DNA of 64,000 nucleotides from an uncultured Verrucomicrobiae bacterium. GTDB taxonomy: Bacteria; Verrucomicrobiota; Verrucomicrobiia; Chthoniobacterales; Chthoniobacteraceae. A program made the position numbers and the translations under genes. A model generated the notes under the pieces. That model had not been told where the DNA came from and searched no databases. It saw nothing but the letters and a program-made list of their open reading frames with translations. The stretch spans positions 1,120,001 through 1,184,000 of the forward strand of contig CAWIKF010000002.1 of assembly GCA_963836755.1 (NCBI GenBank), read 5' to 3'. Below, piece by piece: positions 37,991-47,802 of the stretch; position 1 is the first letter of the stretch, and each line of letters begins with the position of its first letter.

Positions 37991-40630
37991 TTACTGGCTG
38001 GAGTAGTCGGGTGCGGTGGTGGAAGAGACGAGCTTCGATGGCTCGAGAACTTGCACCTCGGCGATGGACCATGGCTTATCTTTAATGGAACCTGTCTGGA
38101 TGATGCGAATGAGTTTGGCCCTGGCAGGAGTGAAAGGAATCTGCGTAATCCTGCCCGCACCTTTCCCTTCTGCCACCTTCTTCCAGCTTTTCCCATCGGT
38201 CGAAAGTTCTACTCTATATCCGCGTGGGTAGTCGGTGCTGTTGGAAGCATCGAGAGTCAATCCAGCGAGCAAGGTTGGCTGAGGTATCTCGATCCGGAGC
38301 CATTGACCCGGCGTTTGCGGAACTCCCGACGAGTAGCGTGTATGACTGTTTGCATCTACCGCAAGGGGAGCTTTCTCTGGATGAAGGCTCGCAGTGACTT
38401 TCCATTCCGACTGGTTGGAGAGTGGCTGCGGAACGATGTTCATTAATTCACTCAATGTCCAAGGTTGCGTTCTGCCCTTGATCGTCTGGCGCACTTGATC
38501 AACTTGCGCCGGAGTTACTACCCCGGAACTATTGCCGAAGCTATTGCGAACCAAGGAGGCGATCGACGCGATCCATTCATCGGTGTTACCACCCATCGGC
38601 GGCATTTGCGCATCATAGGTCTTGCCATGCATAGGGCCAGCGACACCATTCAGCAGCACCGAGACCATGCCTTGATACGGACCCTGCACGGTGGAGGATC
38701 CGGCCAAAGGTGGTGCAAGAGTAGTGCCCGACGGCTGGCCATCGATCGGCGCGCCCATCCCATCGACGCCATGACAGGCAAAGCACAACTGCTGAAATAT
38801 CACCTGTCCTTTTTGAAGCAGCTTGATTTCATTCCCCGCATATACGTGGGTATCGAAAGACTTCGGAGTGTAGAGTAACAGGTTGCCGATCTCCTTGACT
38901 CCCTTGGAAGTGCTGAACGCAATCGTGGCGGGAGCGGTGCGCTGCCAATCCGGCCACTTCAATACTTTGGAAGTTCCGATTGTTTGCAGCACTACGCCAG
39001 GATCGGGATCTTTCGCGAGCGCCATGATATCCGGCTTGAGTGTTTGATCCCCGCTTTTGATCAGAGACTCGCTCACGCGGATAGCTGTCGCGCGAACTTC
39101 AGGATTTTGATCCTTGAACTTTTCGCGCACGAGCCCTGCATCCAGCGCGTCCAGACCTTCGAGCGTCCAGAGCGCATGAATGCGGGTGAGATAGTTCGGA
39201 CTCGTCCGCGCCATCTGCGCCAGCTCGGGGGCTACCGACTTATCGCGGTGTAAAACGATCAGCTTTTGAGCCTGGTCCCGCCACCAGCCATTGGGATGAT
39301 CGAGATGCTTGACGAGTTGGGCGGGAGTTTCATCCAGCATGTGTGGCTGAGGGCCTGGCGCATAGTCCTTATGCACCAACCGCCAGATGCGTCCTCGGCC
39401 GACATTCTTATCGAAGCCGTATTGTTGCACGACTTTGCGCAAGTAGGAACCTTCACGCACCCAGTTTCCTTCCTGAATGATGCCGCGATACATATCCACG
39501 ATATAGATGCAGCCGTCAGGACCGTTAGCCGCCCAGATCGGCCGAAAGTAGGGATCGGTGGATCGTATGAATTCCGTGTGATGGGCCTCGTAGGGATTGC
39601 TAATGGTCGTGATGCCGTCTTTTACTGCTACTTTCGCGCGTCGGATGAGGCGACCGACAGGTTCCGGTAACAAAACGTCACCGCGCAGATCCTCCGGCAA
39701 ACGATCCACGCGCACTACTTCCTGTCCGCCACAACCTGTGAAATGGTTCAAAGTCTTATCGGGCTGGCGAACCCTGAGAAGACCTCCTTGAAAGTCGCCC
39801 ATGCCTATCGCGGGCCAGACTTCCATGAAACCCTTCTCCATTTGTTCCGGCACGTTGATGGCACCGTAAAGAATCGGCACTTGAAAGTTATAGATGCCTT
39901 TTTCCGCACCCGCATTAGACCACCACAGCTTCCCGATATTGTCCTGCGTAAGTCCCCATTGACCGCCATTCGACGGGGTCGGCTCACGCAGTGCGGTGCC
40001 ATCGGGAGCCATGCGCAGACGATAGGCGTTGTAGGTGGTGTAGAGCCAGTTATCCAACGCCCACATTAAGCCGCTCGGTTGATGCTCCATGTTTGCATCC
40101 AAGACCGTCCCTTTGAAAAATGGCACCACCGAATCTGAGATACCATCGCCATTGGTATCATTGTAGATGTTGAGATCGGTCGTGTTGGTAAGACCTATTA
40201 TCACTCTACCTTTGTCCAGCGGCAGCACCATTCGTGGCAGGAGAAGATTGCCAGCAAAGATGATGTGCTTGTCGAAATGCCCATCACCCTTGGTGTTCTC
40301 ATGGCGCGAGACGCGACTGATCGGAGCCATCTCATTGGTGCCGTCGATATCGTGCATATAACTGCGCATCTCGGCGACATACATGCGCCCGTTCCCATCA
40401 AAGACGCATTCAACCGGCTCCTGGATTTCCGGTTCGCTCATTACCAGTTCCATTCTGTAACCTTCAGGTAATTGGAAAGTCTTGAGCTCCTCTTCCGGCG
40501 ATAGCATCGGCGGTGTCGGTTGTGGCGGGAAAGTCAACGTCGGACCGCTTTGAGAAACCTCGGGCGCCGCAGCATAAGGCTGTGCCACGATACAACCGCC
40601 TAGCAAGACGGCCAGTAAGGTATGTTTCAA
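37991..40630 (-). CDS. PVC-type dehydrogenase-like protein: beta-propeller + HEAT + cytochrome c + discoidin (F5/8 type C)
   Basis: LSPEEE..TFQLPEGY, FRP...GPDG..YIVDMY, GRIWR, HALWTLEGL, CFACH heme motif with distal MPPM, C-terminal discoidin; TTG start. Confidence 0.87.
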   Translation of the reverse strand: MKHTLLAVLLGGCIVAQPYAAAPEVSQSGPTLTFPPQPTPPMLSPEEELKTFQLPEGYRMELVMSEPEIQEPVECVFDGNGRMYVAEMRSYMHDIDGTNEMAPISRVSRHENTKGDGHFDKHIIFAGNLLLPRMVLPLDKGRVIIGLTNTTDLNIYNDTNGDGISDSVVPFFKGTVLDANMEHQPSGLMWALDNWLYTTYNAYRLRMAPDGTALREPTPSNGGQWGLTQDNIGKLWWSNAGAEKGIYNFQVPILYGAINVPEQMEKGFMEVWPAIGMGDFQGGLLRVRQPDKTLNHFTGCGGQEVVRVDRLPEDLRGDVLLPEPVGRLIRRAKVAVKDGITTISNPYEAHHTEFIRSTDPYFRPIWAANGPDGCIYIVDMYRGIIQEGNWVREGSYLRKVVQQYGFDKNVGRGRIWRLVHKDYAPGPQPHMLDETPAQLVKHLDHPNGWWRDQAQKLIVLHRDKSVAPELAQMARTSPNYLTRIHALWTLEGLDALDAGLVREKFKDQNPEVRATAIRVSESLIKSGDQTLKPDIMALAKDPDPGVVLQTIGTSKVLKWPDWQRTAPATIAFSTSKGVKEIGNLLLYTPKSFDTHVYAGNEIKLLQKGQVIFQQLCFACHGVDGMGAPIDGQPSGTTLAPPLAGSSTVQGPYQGMVSVLLNGVAGPMHGKTYDAQMPPMGGNTDEWIASIASLVRNSFGNSSGVVTPAQVDQVRQTIKGRTQPWTLSELMNIVPQPLSNQSEWKVTASLHPEKAPLAVDANSHTRYSSGVPQTPGQWLRIEIPQPTLLAGLTLDASNSTDYPRGYRVELSTDGKSWKKVAEGKGAGRITQIPFTPARAKLIRIIQTGSIKDKPWSIAEVQVLEPSKLVSSTTAPDYSSQ

Positions 40631-40648
40631 TTTTTAGAGTAGGTTTGC

Positions 40649-42004
40649 CTAAAGTTCCGCCCCAGGCTGTGCAAGGGCGTCTTCGACATCGAGCTGCGCC
40701 GGCTTGTATCCGCCACGAGACTTGTCGTAAATCCATATCGCGCCGAAGACCAGCAGCAGGATTGCAGGCAAGATGGCTACGACGCGAAAGGAACTGCGCG
40801 AAGCAATCATCAGCACGTCATTAAGCTTCTCTCCACTCAACGATTTGAAAGCCTCATCGCCACCAGCGGCCGCGAGTTTTGCGTGATCGAAGACTTCTCC
40901 CATCTTGGGCAGGACAAAGTATATGGACAAAGTGCCCGCAGTTCCCATCAACCCCATCAACAATGCCCCACCACGCGGAAATCTTTCGGACGCAGCAGCC
41001 AGCATCGTCGGCCACATGTAGCACACGCCGGTGCCCCAAACGGTAGCTGCAAGAAGGCCAGTCGTTGGAGAGTTGGCAAAGCTTAAAGCAAGGAGACCTA
41101 GTGACGCGAGCAGACTGGAGATCCAGAGCAGACCTACTGGTGAAAACTTATGCGCAATCGGTCCGGCAAAATGTCGCATCACAAACATGATTCCACTGAC
41201 ATAGATCAGTAACCAGATTCCTTGCATGCCGACGGTGCGAGTAAGAGCCACGTCCACCCATTGTCCGGGAGCGAGTTCGGATGCGGCAGTCAAGAACATC
41301 GATAAAAACCAGAGAAGAAAGAAAGGATTGGCTACTTCTTTGAACATCGATGAAGTGGAGACACCGGCTGCGACGCGCTCGGTAGGTGGAAACTTCGTTC
41401 CAATCAACATGACTCCAAAGGTGATCGCTGGAACCAGCACGACGGAGAGCTTGCCCTGCCAGCCCAAGTTCATGTGACCGATTAGAAGTCCGATGAGTCC
41501 GCCCATCATCAAGCCGGCCGGCCACCATGCATGCAGCACATTGAGTCGATGAGTCTTCTCTTCGGGGTAAAGTGTAGCCGCCAGCGGATTGATAGTAGTC
41601 TCAACCAATCCCCAACCTATGCCTTGCAAACACATTCCGAGCCAGATCACACGATATGTAGACATAGCTGCGGCCAATTGTCCCACGAACAACACCGTCA
41701 AGGTGCCAGCCAGAAAGCAGGCACAAGCGATCGCGAGAACTCGCCCCATACCGATCGCATCAAGCAACGGACTGCCGATTGCTATTGAAACGGCAAAGCC
41801 CAGGAAAGCGACCCCCAGCACCGTTCCAACCATTCCAGCGGAGTTCAATGAATCGATTGGATCAAAAAAAATCGTCTTAATATCATTGGCAATGCTTGCG
41901 CGGATACTGGCCGCGATGCCAGCAGTCACCAGCGCGATGACACTTAGGATGAAAAGCTTGCTCTTGTTATATTCGGAGTGACGGTTTGGGCTGGGGGAGC
42001 GCAT
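40649..42004 (-). CDS. MFS transporter (sugar-type)
   Basis: About 12 TM helices, LLDAIGMGR motif A, INPLAATLYP, LHAWWPAG. Confidence 0.88.
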   Translation of the reverse strand: MRSPSPNRHSEYNKSKLFILSVIALVTAGIAASIRASIANDIKTIFFDPIDSLNSAGMVGTVLGVAFLGFAVSIAIGSPLLDAIGMGRVLAIACACFLAGTLTVLFVGQLAAAMSTYRVIWLGMCLQGIGWGLVETTINPLAATLYPEEKTHRLNVLHAWWPAGLMMGGLIGLLIGHMNLGWQGKLSVVLVPAITFGVMLIGTKFPPTERVAAGVSTSSMFKEVANPFFLLWFLSMFLTAASELAPGQWVDVALTRTVGMQGIWLLIYVSGIMFVMRHFAGPIAHKFSPVGLLWISSLLASLGLLALSFANSPTTGLLAATVWGTGVCYMWPTMLAAASERFPRGGALLMGLMGTAGTLSIYFVLPKMGEVFDHAKLAAAGGDEAFKSLSGEKLNDVLMIASRSSFRVVAILPAILLLVFGAIWIYDKSRGGYKPAQLDVEDALAQPGAEL

Positions 42005-42031
42005 GGAGGTTTTTGGTTACTGAAACTAAAG

Positions 42032-42490
42032 TTACTTCACTGTCATTACTCCATGCATGCCTACAGTCGCATGCGCCGGGAAGGTGCAAATGTAGTCATA
42101 CGCGCCTGCTGCGGGCGCGGTAAAAGTCACGGACTGCGACTCGCCCGGTCCTGCCATTTTCGTATGAGCAATGACTTTGTCCGCCATTTCCGGCGCAATG
42201 TAGTCATCGGCGGCGTGCGACATGCCAGCCATCGCGAAAGCAGCGACATCGGTGCCGGGTTTCAGCAAGACGAAGTTATGAGCCATCGCGACTTTGGGAA
42301 GCTTGCCGACATTCGTAATGGTGAGGGTCACCTTTTGCTCGGGCACCACGTCGAAAGCGGTCACGTCGTATTTCATCTGGTCGTTGCCGCTGATGGTGAT
42401 TTTCTTTTCGTCGTCTGCAAAGGTTGGGCAGATGACGGAGGCAAAACCAAAAAGGAGGAGCAAGGTTGAAACGGGTCGTGTTATTTTCAT
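42032..42490 (-). CDS. Azurin/plastocyanin-family blue copper protein
   Basis: Signal peptide, MAHNFV, CTFPAH...M type-1 copper ligands. Confidence 0.92.
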   Translation of the reverse strand: MKITRPVSTLLLLFGFASVICPTFADDEKKITISGNDQMKYDVTAFDVVPEQKVTLTITNVGKLPKVAMAHNFVLLKPGTDVAAFAMAGMSHAADDYIAPEMADKVIAHTKMAGPGESQSVTFTAPAAGAYDYICTFPAHATVGMHGVMTVK

Positions 42491-42547
42491 CGGTAGGAAC
42501 TGGCTTTTATTTCTATGATGTGTTGCAGCGACGCAAGTGAGGCAGAG

Positions 42548-44371
42548 TTACGTTTTCTTCGCAGTGCTTTGGATATAAAGCTCACGCAGCTGCTTGAATT
42601 CAACCTCCGCAGGCGATTGCGACATGAGATCGACCCCGCGATTGTTCTTTGGAAAAGCGATCACGTCGCGAATGCTTTCCGCGCCGCAGATCAGCATCGC
42701 CAGCCGGTCGAGCCCGAGTGCGACTCCGCCGTGCGGCGGCGCGCCGAAGCTGAAAGCTTTCAGTAAATGTCCAAACATCGACTTTTGCAGCTCCGCCGAA
42801 ACGCCCAGCACCTCAAACATTTTCGCCTGCAACTCCTGCTCGTGAATACGGATGCTGCCGCCGCCGATTTCCACTCCGTTTAACACCACATCGTAAGCCT
42901 GCGCGCGCACGTGAGCGAAGTCACCGGCCGCAAGTTTTTCCAAATCCTCTGCGTGGGGGCGAGTGAAGGGATGATGCACAGCGTTCCATTTCTGGTCTTC
43001 GGAGGAATAGGCGACCAGCGGGAAATCGACGACCCAAAGGAAGTTCAGCTTTTCCTCGAAATTGTCGTGAAGGTGCGCCGGCAAAGCTTCTCCGGGCAGC
43101 ACGCGGCCAGTCCGTTTTTGTCCGCGCTGCGTTTCCATGACGCGTAGTCGGATGCGGCCAAGGACTTCGCATGCGATTTCCCATTTGTCCGCGCCGAACA
43201 AAACCAGGTCACCTTCCTCGATCGCGAGCCGCTCGGTCAGCGCGGCTTTTTCCGCATCGGTGAAAAACTTCACGATGGGCGATTTCCATTCCCCATTCTC
43301 GACTTTGATGAATGCGAGACCTTTCGCGCCGAATGTTTTTGCCGTTTCGGTCAGCTCCTCGATTTGTCCGGTGGTGATGCTGGCAAATTGTTTCGCGTTG
43401 ATCGCCTTCACCACTCCGCCCACATCGAGTGCGCCGCGAAAAACTTTGAACCCGCTCTGCGCGAAGACGTCGCCGAGATCCGTGATTTCCATGCCGAAAC
43501 GCGTGTCGGGCTTGTCGCTGCCGTAGCGGTTCAACGCCTCCGCGTATGTGAGCCGCGGAAACGGCGTCGGAATTTCCACGTCCTTCGTCGCTTTGAAAAT
43601 GGCGCGCAGCAAACCCTCGACTAGCGCGTAAATATCCTCGGGCGTGACGAAGGAAGCCTCGATGTCGATCTGCGTAAACTCGGGCTGGCGGTCGGCGCGT
43701 AGGTCTTCGTCGCGGAAGCAGCGTGCGATTTGAAAATACTTGTCGAGGCCTGCGACCATCAACAGTTGTTTATACTGTTGCGGGGCTTGCGGCAGCGCGT
43801 AAAAACCGCCCGGCGTGAGTCGCGACGGCACGAGGAAATCGCGCGCTCCTTCCGGCGTGCTCTTGCTCAGGATCGGCGTCTCGATTTCCAGGAATCCGTG
43901 GTCGTCGAGAAAGTCGCGCGTGGTTTTCGTAAGCCGATGCCGCAGCTTCAGATTGCGCGCCATTCGCGCTCGGCGCAGGTCAAGGTAACGGTGCGTCAAA
44001 CGCAGATCTTCGTTGCCAATCTCCTCGTCGATCGGGAAGGGCGGCACGCCGGCTTTGCTCAAGACCTCGAGCGCCGTCGCCACCACTTCGATGTCGCCCG
44101 TTAAAAGCTTGGTGTTCTCGGTGCCCGGCAATCGCGACGCGACGCGACCGGTGACTTTAATCACGTCCTCGCTGCGCAAAACATGCGCCGCCGCCGCGAC
44201 GTCCGCATTTTCCTCGGGCCGAAAAACCACCTGCGTCATCCCCTCCCGATCGCGGAGGTCGATGAAAATGACGCCGCCGTGATCGCGGCGCGAATTAACC
44301 CAGCCGGCGAGAGAAACGGTGCTGCCGATGTCGGTTTGGCGAAGCTCATTGCAATGATGCGTGCGATACAT
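42548..44371 (-). CDS. aspS: Aspartate-tRNA ligase (probably non-discriminating)
   Basis: MYRTHHC, RRDHGG, LPQAPQ, CFRDEDLRADRQPEFTQ, PPHGG, AFPK; His in RRDHG is typical of ND-AspRS. Confidence 0.97.
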   Translation of the reverse strand: MYRTHHCNELRQTDIGSTVSLAGWVNSRRDHGGVIFIDLRDREGMTQVVFRPEENADVAAAAHVLRSEDVIKVTGRVASRLPGTENTKLLTGDIEVVATALEVLSKAGVPPFPIDEEIGNEDLRLTHRYLDLRRARMARNLKLRHRLTKTTRDFLDDHGFLEIETPILSKSTPEGARDFLVPSRLTPGGFYALPQAPQQYKQLLMVAGLDKYFQIARCFRDEDLRADRQPEFTQIDIEASFVTPEDIYALVEGLLRAIFKATKDVEIPTPFPRLTYAEALNRYGSDKPDTRFGMEITDLGDVFAQSGFKVFRGALDVGGVVKAINAKQFASITTGQIEELTETAKTFGAKGLAFIKVENGEWKSPIVKFFTDAEKAALTERLAIEEGDLVLFGADKWEIACEVLGRIRLRVMETQRGQKRTGRVLPGEALPAHLHDNFEEKLNFLWVVDFPLVAYSSEDQKWNAVHHPFTRPHAEDLEKLAAGDFAHVRAQAYDVVLNGVEIGGGSIRIHEQELQAKMFEVLGVSAELQKSMFGHLLKAFSFGAPPHGGVALGLDRLAMLICGAESIRDVIAFPKNNRGVDLMSQSPAEVEFKQLRELYIQSTAKKT

Positions 44372-44451
44372 GGAGCCGAGGATGTTAGCCGCTTTTCCCT
44401 GCGGTGCGAGGGGGAAAAAGCGCCTCGTGTTGCCGGCGGTCGACCCTTTAC

Positions 44452-44495
44452 AAAAAAAATACCGCCCCCCGCGGCCGACTGGCCGCGAAGGGCGG
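44452..44495 (-). terminator. Intrinsic terminator
   Basis: Minus strand CCGCCCTTCGCGGCC-AGTC-GGCCGCGGGGGGCGG followed by TATTTTTTTT. Confidence 0.75.
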
Positions 44496-44524
44496 ATGTT
44501 CCCCCCAGAACAATTCAAAAAGCT
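44452..44524 (-). ncRNA. Candidate ~70-nt small RNA (or aspS leader)
   Basis: Bounded by a sigma70-like promoter and a terminator; no plausible ORF inside. Confidence 0.45.
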
Positions 44525-44530
44525 GTGAGA

Positions 44531-44590
44531 TAGATACGTCGGCCTTGGAAAATTGGCAACAAGTATTTTTAAATTATTTTAATATTAGCG
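44531..44590 (-). promoter_or_regulatory. Sigma70-like promoter TTGCCA-17-TATCTA with an AT-rich UP-like element
   Basis: -35 at 44559-44554, -10 at 44536-44531, AATATTAAAATAATTTAAAAATAC upstream. Confidence 0.6.
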
Positions 44591-44687
44591 ACTTACCGCG
44601 CCTGTTCGCGCGTCGGTATTAAGGATTTTAATAGATTTAAGCTTTTTGAGTTCAGCGGATTGTGCCGGGGGACGCGCTTTATGAAGT

Positions 44688-45818
44688 TCACGCTTCCGTC
44701 GCTGCAAATTTTGCGACGAGTTCCGTGAGAACGACTTTTTCATCAAGCTGCGTCGTCACTATTTGCACATTTGCGCGGAGGCAGGCGTCTAAAAGAGCCC
44801 GCAGCGTCGGCGTGGAAAACCGATGCGCCTGCATCGCCGCAAGCCCGAGCGCGTAGCTGTTCACGGTGCCGTCTTTTTTCCGCGGCAAATGCTGCACAGA
44901 GCTTTCCGGCAATTGATTGAGAGCCGCCGAAAAGTGGAATGGCGCCTGCGGCGAACGCAGTTTGTGGCGTTGCATCAAATCTTTTGCCACGAGCAAATTC
45001 CGCACAGTCGGCACGATGGCGACGAGCAGGATGCCCACGGCATTTTCGCCTTGTTTGAGAAGTTGATCCACGAGCCCGAGCCCTTGCCGCACGTCGCGCC
45101 GCGCGAGCGCGTTGCCGAGTTCAAAAATCACGCCTGCGCGCGAAAGCGGCACAAGCATGCGGACGTCGTTCACTGTCGCTTCGCGACGTGCCGCGCCGAG
45201 ATAGAGGTCGATTTTTTCTAGCTCGTTCTCGACCTGCCGCGTCTCCCCGCCAGTTAGCAGCGTGAACAACTCCAGCGCCTCGCCGCTCAGCCGCAAGCCG
45301 CGCTCCTTCGCGCGCCGCTCGCTGAACCCCGCCGCTTCGTCCTCCCACCCGCTGCGGCTTGCATCAATCTTGTCGAAAACCTGGAGGTTCGCGAGCTTGG
45401 CGAGCGTCTTGTAAAAGCTCCGGCGCTTGTCGACATCGATTGCGCTGAGCAAAAACTTCACGCCATCCGGCAAACCCGCCGCGAGGATTTTTTGTAACTG
45501 TTCCAGCGCTTGTAAAACAGTTTCCGACCGCCCCTTCACGTCATCGGCGAGAAAATTTGTGCTGCGGAGCCAGACCAATTTTTCCCCGCCAAAAAACGGA
45601 AGCGTGAGCAAAGCCTCGATCGTTTGATGGATGCGCGTCGCCGCCTGCTCCGCATTGTCGGCGCATCCGTCGATGACATCGCGGCCAAAGTCTCCGGCGG
45701 CAGACGGCGAAAGCTCTTCCGCCAGTGCCGATGCCGCGCGCTTGACCTCAGCTTCATCGGAACCCGCGATCGCGAAGAATGATCCCGCAGCGACTTTTGT
45801 TTTTTTTGCAACAGCCAT
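44688..45818 (-). CDS. holA: DNA polymerase III subunit delta
   Basis: TLPFFGGEKLV, DKRRSFYK, ENELEKIDLY, IFELGNAL domain layout. Confidence 0.87.
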   Translation of the reverse strand: MAVAKKTKVAAGSFFAIAGSDEAEVKRAASALAEELSPSAAGDFGRDVIDGCADNAEQAATRIHQTIEALLTLPFFGGEKLVWLRSTNFLADDVKGRSETVLQALEQLQKILAAGLPDGVKFLLSAIDVDKRRSFYKTLAKLANLQVFDKIDASRSGWEDEAAGFSERRAKERGLRLSGEALELFTLLTGGETRQVENELEKIDLYLGAARREATVNDVRMLVPLSRAGVIFELGNALARRDVRQGLGLVDQLLKQGENAVGILLVAIVPTVRNLLVAKDLMQRHKLRSPQAPFHFSAALNQLPESSVQHLPRKKDGTVNSYALGLAAMQAHRFSTPTLRALLDACLRANVQIVTTQLDEKVVLTELVAKFAATEA

Positions 45819-46771
45819 TATTTGGAAAAGCGCTCGAATCTTTTAGTGAAGTCGTCGAAGTCCTTGACCTGGTCGCCGTAGATTTCCGTCGCCGCGTCTT
45901 GCAAACTTTTACCCGCGAGCACGGCATCGAAAAAACGGATGAACCGATCCTTCGGCAACTCCGTCATCATGAACCGCACCAGCTTTTCACCAGTCTCGTA
46001 GAGCTGCACCACCTGCAGCGTGTCCTGCGGATACTCGTCGATCTTCACGAGATCGTTTAAAGAAAGTTGCGCCATGTGCAGCGTTCGCTCGTGCCGCTTC
46101 ACCGTCTGATTTTTGCGGCCGGCGACACTCGCGCTGCCCATGTATTCCGCGAAACCTTCGCTCAGCCAAACTGGCGGCCGCTGTCGCGGATAAAGTCGAG
46201 CGACCACAGCGTGCGTCGTTTCGTGTGCCAGCAAATGCGAGTCGAATTGCCCACCGGCATCTGCCTGGCGGACGCTGAGAAAAAGTTCGTCGCCGCGCGC
46301 GAAACTTGCCGCCCATTGCGGCTCCTTGGTCTGCGAGAGAAAATCCTTCCACTCGCGCTCATCCTCGAAAATAAACACATGCGATTTCCGCTGGTAGCGG
46401 TCCTTCGTCGCGCCGAGCGTCTTCGCGACAAACCAAAGATCGTATTCGATTTCGCGAGCGACTTTTTCCGCTTCCGTCACGCGGCGATAATGCAAAATGA
46501 AATTCTCCGTCTCCGCGTGTTTCCATTTTTCCGGATTGATGCTGAGCGCGATTTTTCCCTCCGGGCTCACGTTCGTGTTTGCGAGCTGATCCCATTTTTT
46601 TTCGACGAGGGGAATGTCGCGCGCGGGCTCCTCGGACGGCGTCGCAGCGCCATACGGGAAAGGCGTTCCCTTCGGCGCCGGCGTTCCAAACGGCCACTCG
46701 GCTCTCACCGACAGGCAGAGAAAAATTGCCGTGAGCGCGACGAAAACTTTAATTTTGCAGCGTCGTCCCAT
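45818..46771 (-). CDS. Exported gluzincin (peptidase MA-like) protein, paralog 2
   Basis: Signal peptide, HETTH...WLSEGFAEY; ATG at 46771; TAATG overlap with holA. Confidence 0.78.
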   Translation of the reverse strand: MGRRCKIKVFVALTAIFLCLSVRAEWPFGTPAPKGTPFPYGAATPSEEPARDIPLVEKKWDQLANTNVSPEGKIALSINPEKWKHAETENFILHYRRVTEAEKVAREIEYDLWFVAKTLGATKDRYQRKSHVFIFEDEREWKDFLSQTKEPQWAASFARGDELFLSVRQADAGGQFDSHLLAHETTHAVVARLYPRQRPPVWLSEGFAEYMGSASVAGRKNQTVKRHERTLHMAQLSLNDLVKIDEYPQDTLQVVQLYETGEKLVRFMMTELPKDRFIRFFDAVLAGKSLQDAATEIYGDQVKDFDDFTKRFERFSK

Positions 46772-47660
46772 AATCTTTTGCGGCGTAAGTTTTGAACTCC
46801 GTCTCCAGCGCATCGATGCTGGTAAACCGCGCCCCATAAGCTTTCCAGAGCGCCGACTCGAACTTATTGCCCTTCGACATCGCATCGAAAAAGACGAGAA
46901 ATTTTTCTTTGTCGGTGGCGGCGAGAAATTGCACCAACTTTTCAGACTCCATGTAAAAGGTCGCCACTTGTTTTACGTCCGTCGGATATGTCATCAAGTC
47001 CGTGAGCGTCTTCAATGGAAGAAAAGTTTCGGGCGCGATCGCCGCCGAGGCCGGCTTCGCCTCGTATCCGCGCGCCCGCTGAAAGCTCGCGTAGCCGCGG
47101 ATCGAAACGTATTCCGCGTAGCCTTCGTCGAGCCAGAGCGGAATGCCGCTGCCAAAAAAACGATGCACCACGAGATGCGCCGTTTCATGCCCGAGCGTGC
47201 GGCCTTTGAATTTATATTCCGGATCGCGCTGGATGAACAAACTCCCGCCCGCATGAATCCCGCCGGTCCACGGATCGAGCTGCGCCTTTGTCTGAAACAG
47301 GCGCCAGTCGGCGGGATTTTCAAAAATGAAAATGTGGCATTTTCGCTCCCATTGCGACGTGTCGCGCTCGAGTTCTTCCGCGATGATCCGGTAGTAAAAT
47401 TCTGCCTCGACCGAGACGGGCGTCGTGATAAATGAGTGCGTAAAGTGGTAAACGAAATTCGTCGTTTCCGCGTGTTTCCATTCGTCGGGATGAATCGACA
47501 GCGCGATCGTGCCGAGTGGCGTCAAACTTTGGTCGGAAAGTTTTTCAAACGGGACTTCCGTGAGTCCGTTGAGCCCGCGCTGATCATCGGAATTTTGCGC
47601 GGCGGCAGAAATTGCGAGCGAGACGGCGCACAAAAAGCGGGTGAAAAAGCGAGAAGACAT
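46749..47660 (-). CDS. Exported gluzincin (peptidase MA-like) protein, paralog 1
   Basis: Signal peptide, HETAH...WLDEGYAEY; ATG at 47660. Confidence 0.78.
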   Translation of the reverse strand: MSSRFFTRFLCAVSLAISAAAQNSDDQRGLNGLTEVPFEKLSDQSLTPLGTIALSIHPDEWKHAETTNFVYHFTHSFITTPVSVEAEFYYRIIAEELERDTSQWERKCHIFIFENPADWRLFQTKAQLDPWTGGIHAGGSLFIQRDPEYKFKGRTLGHETAHLVVHRFFGSGIPLWLDEGYAEYVSIRGYASFQRARGYEAKPASAAIAPETFLPLKTLTDLMTYPTDVKQVATFYMESEKLVQFLAATDKEKFLVFFDAMSKGNKFESALWKAYGARFTSIDALETEFKTYAAKDYGTTLQN

Positions 47661-47802
47661 GAAGCGGCAGTGCGAACTCAATTTACGCGGAGCATGGAAA
47701 CGCGAAAGCGGCAGTGTCAAGAAGCACCGGCGAAGCGTTCGCTTGATTTTGTCTGCACGCGTGACACCATGACTTTGTGAAATTATTCACAACTTTGCTT
47801 CC

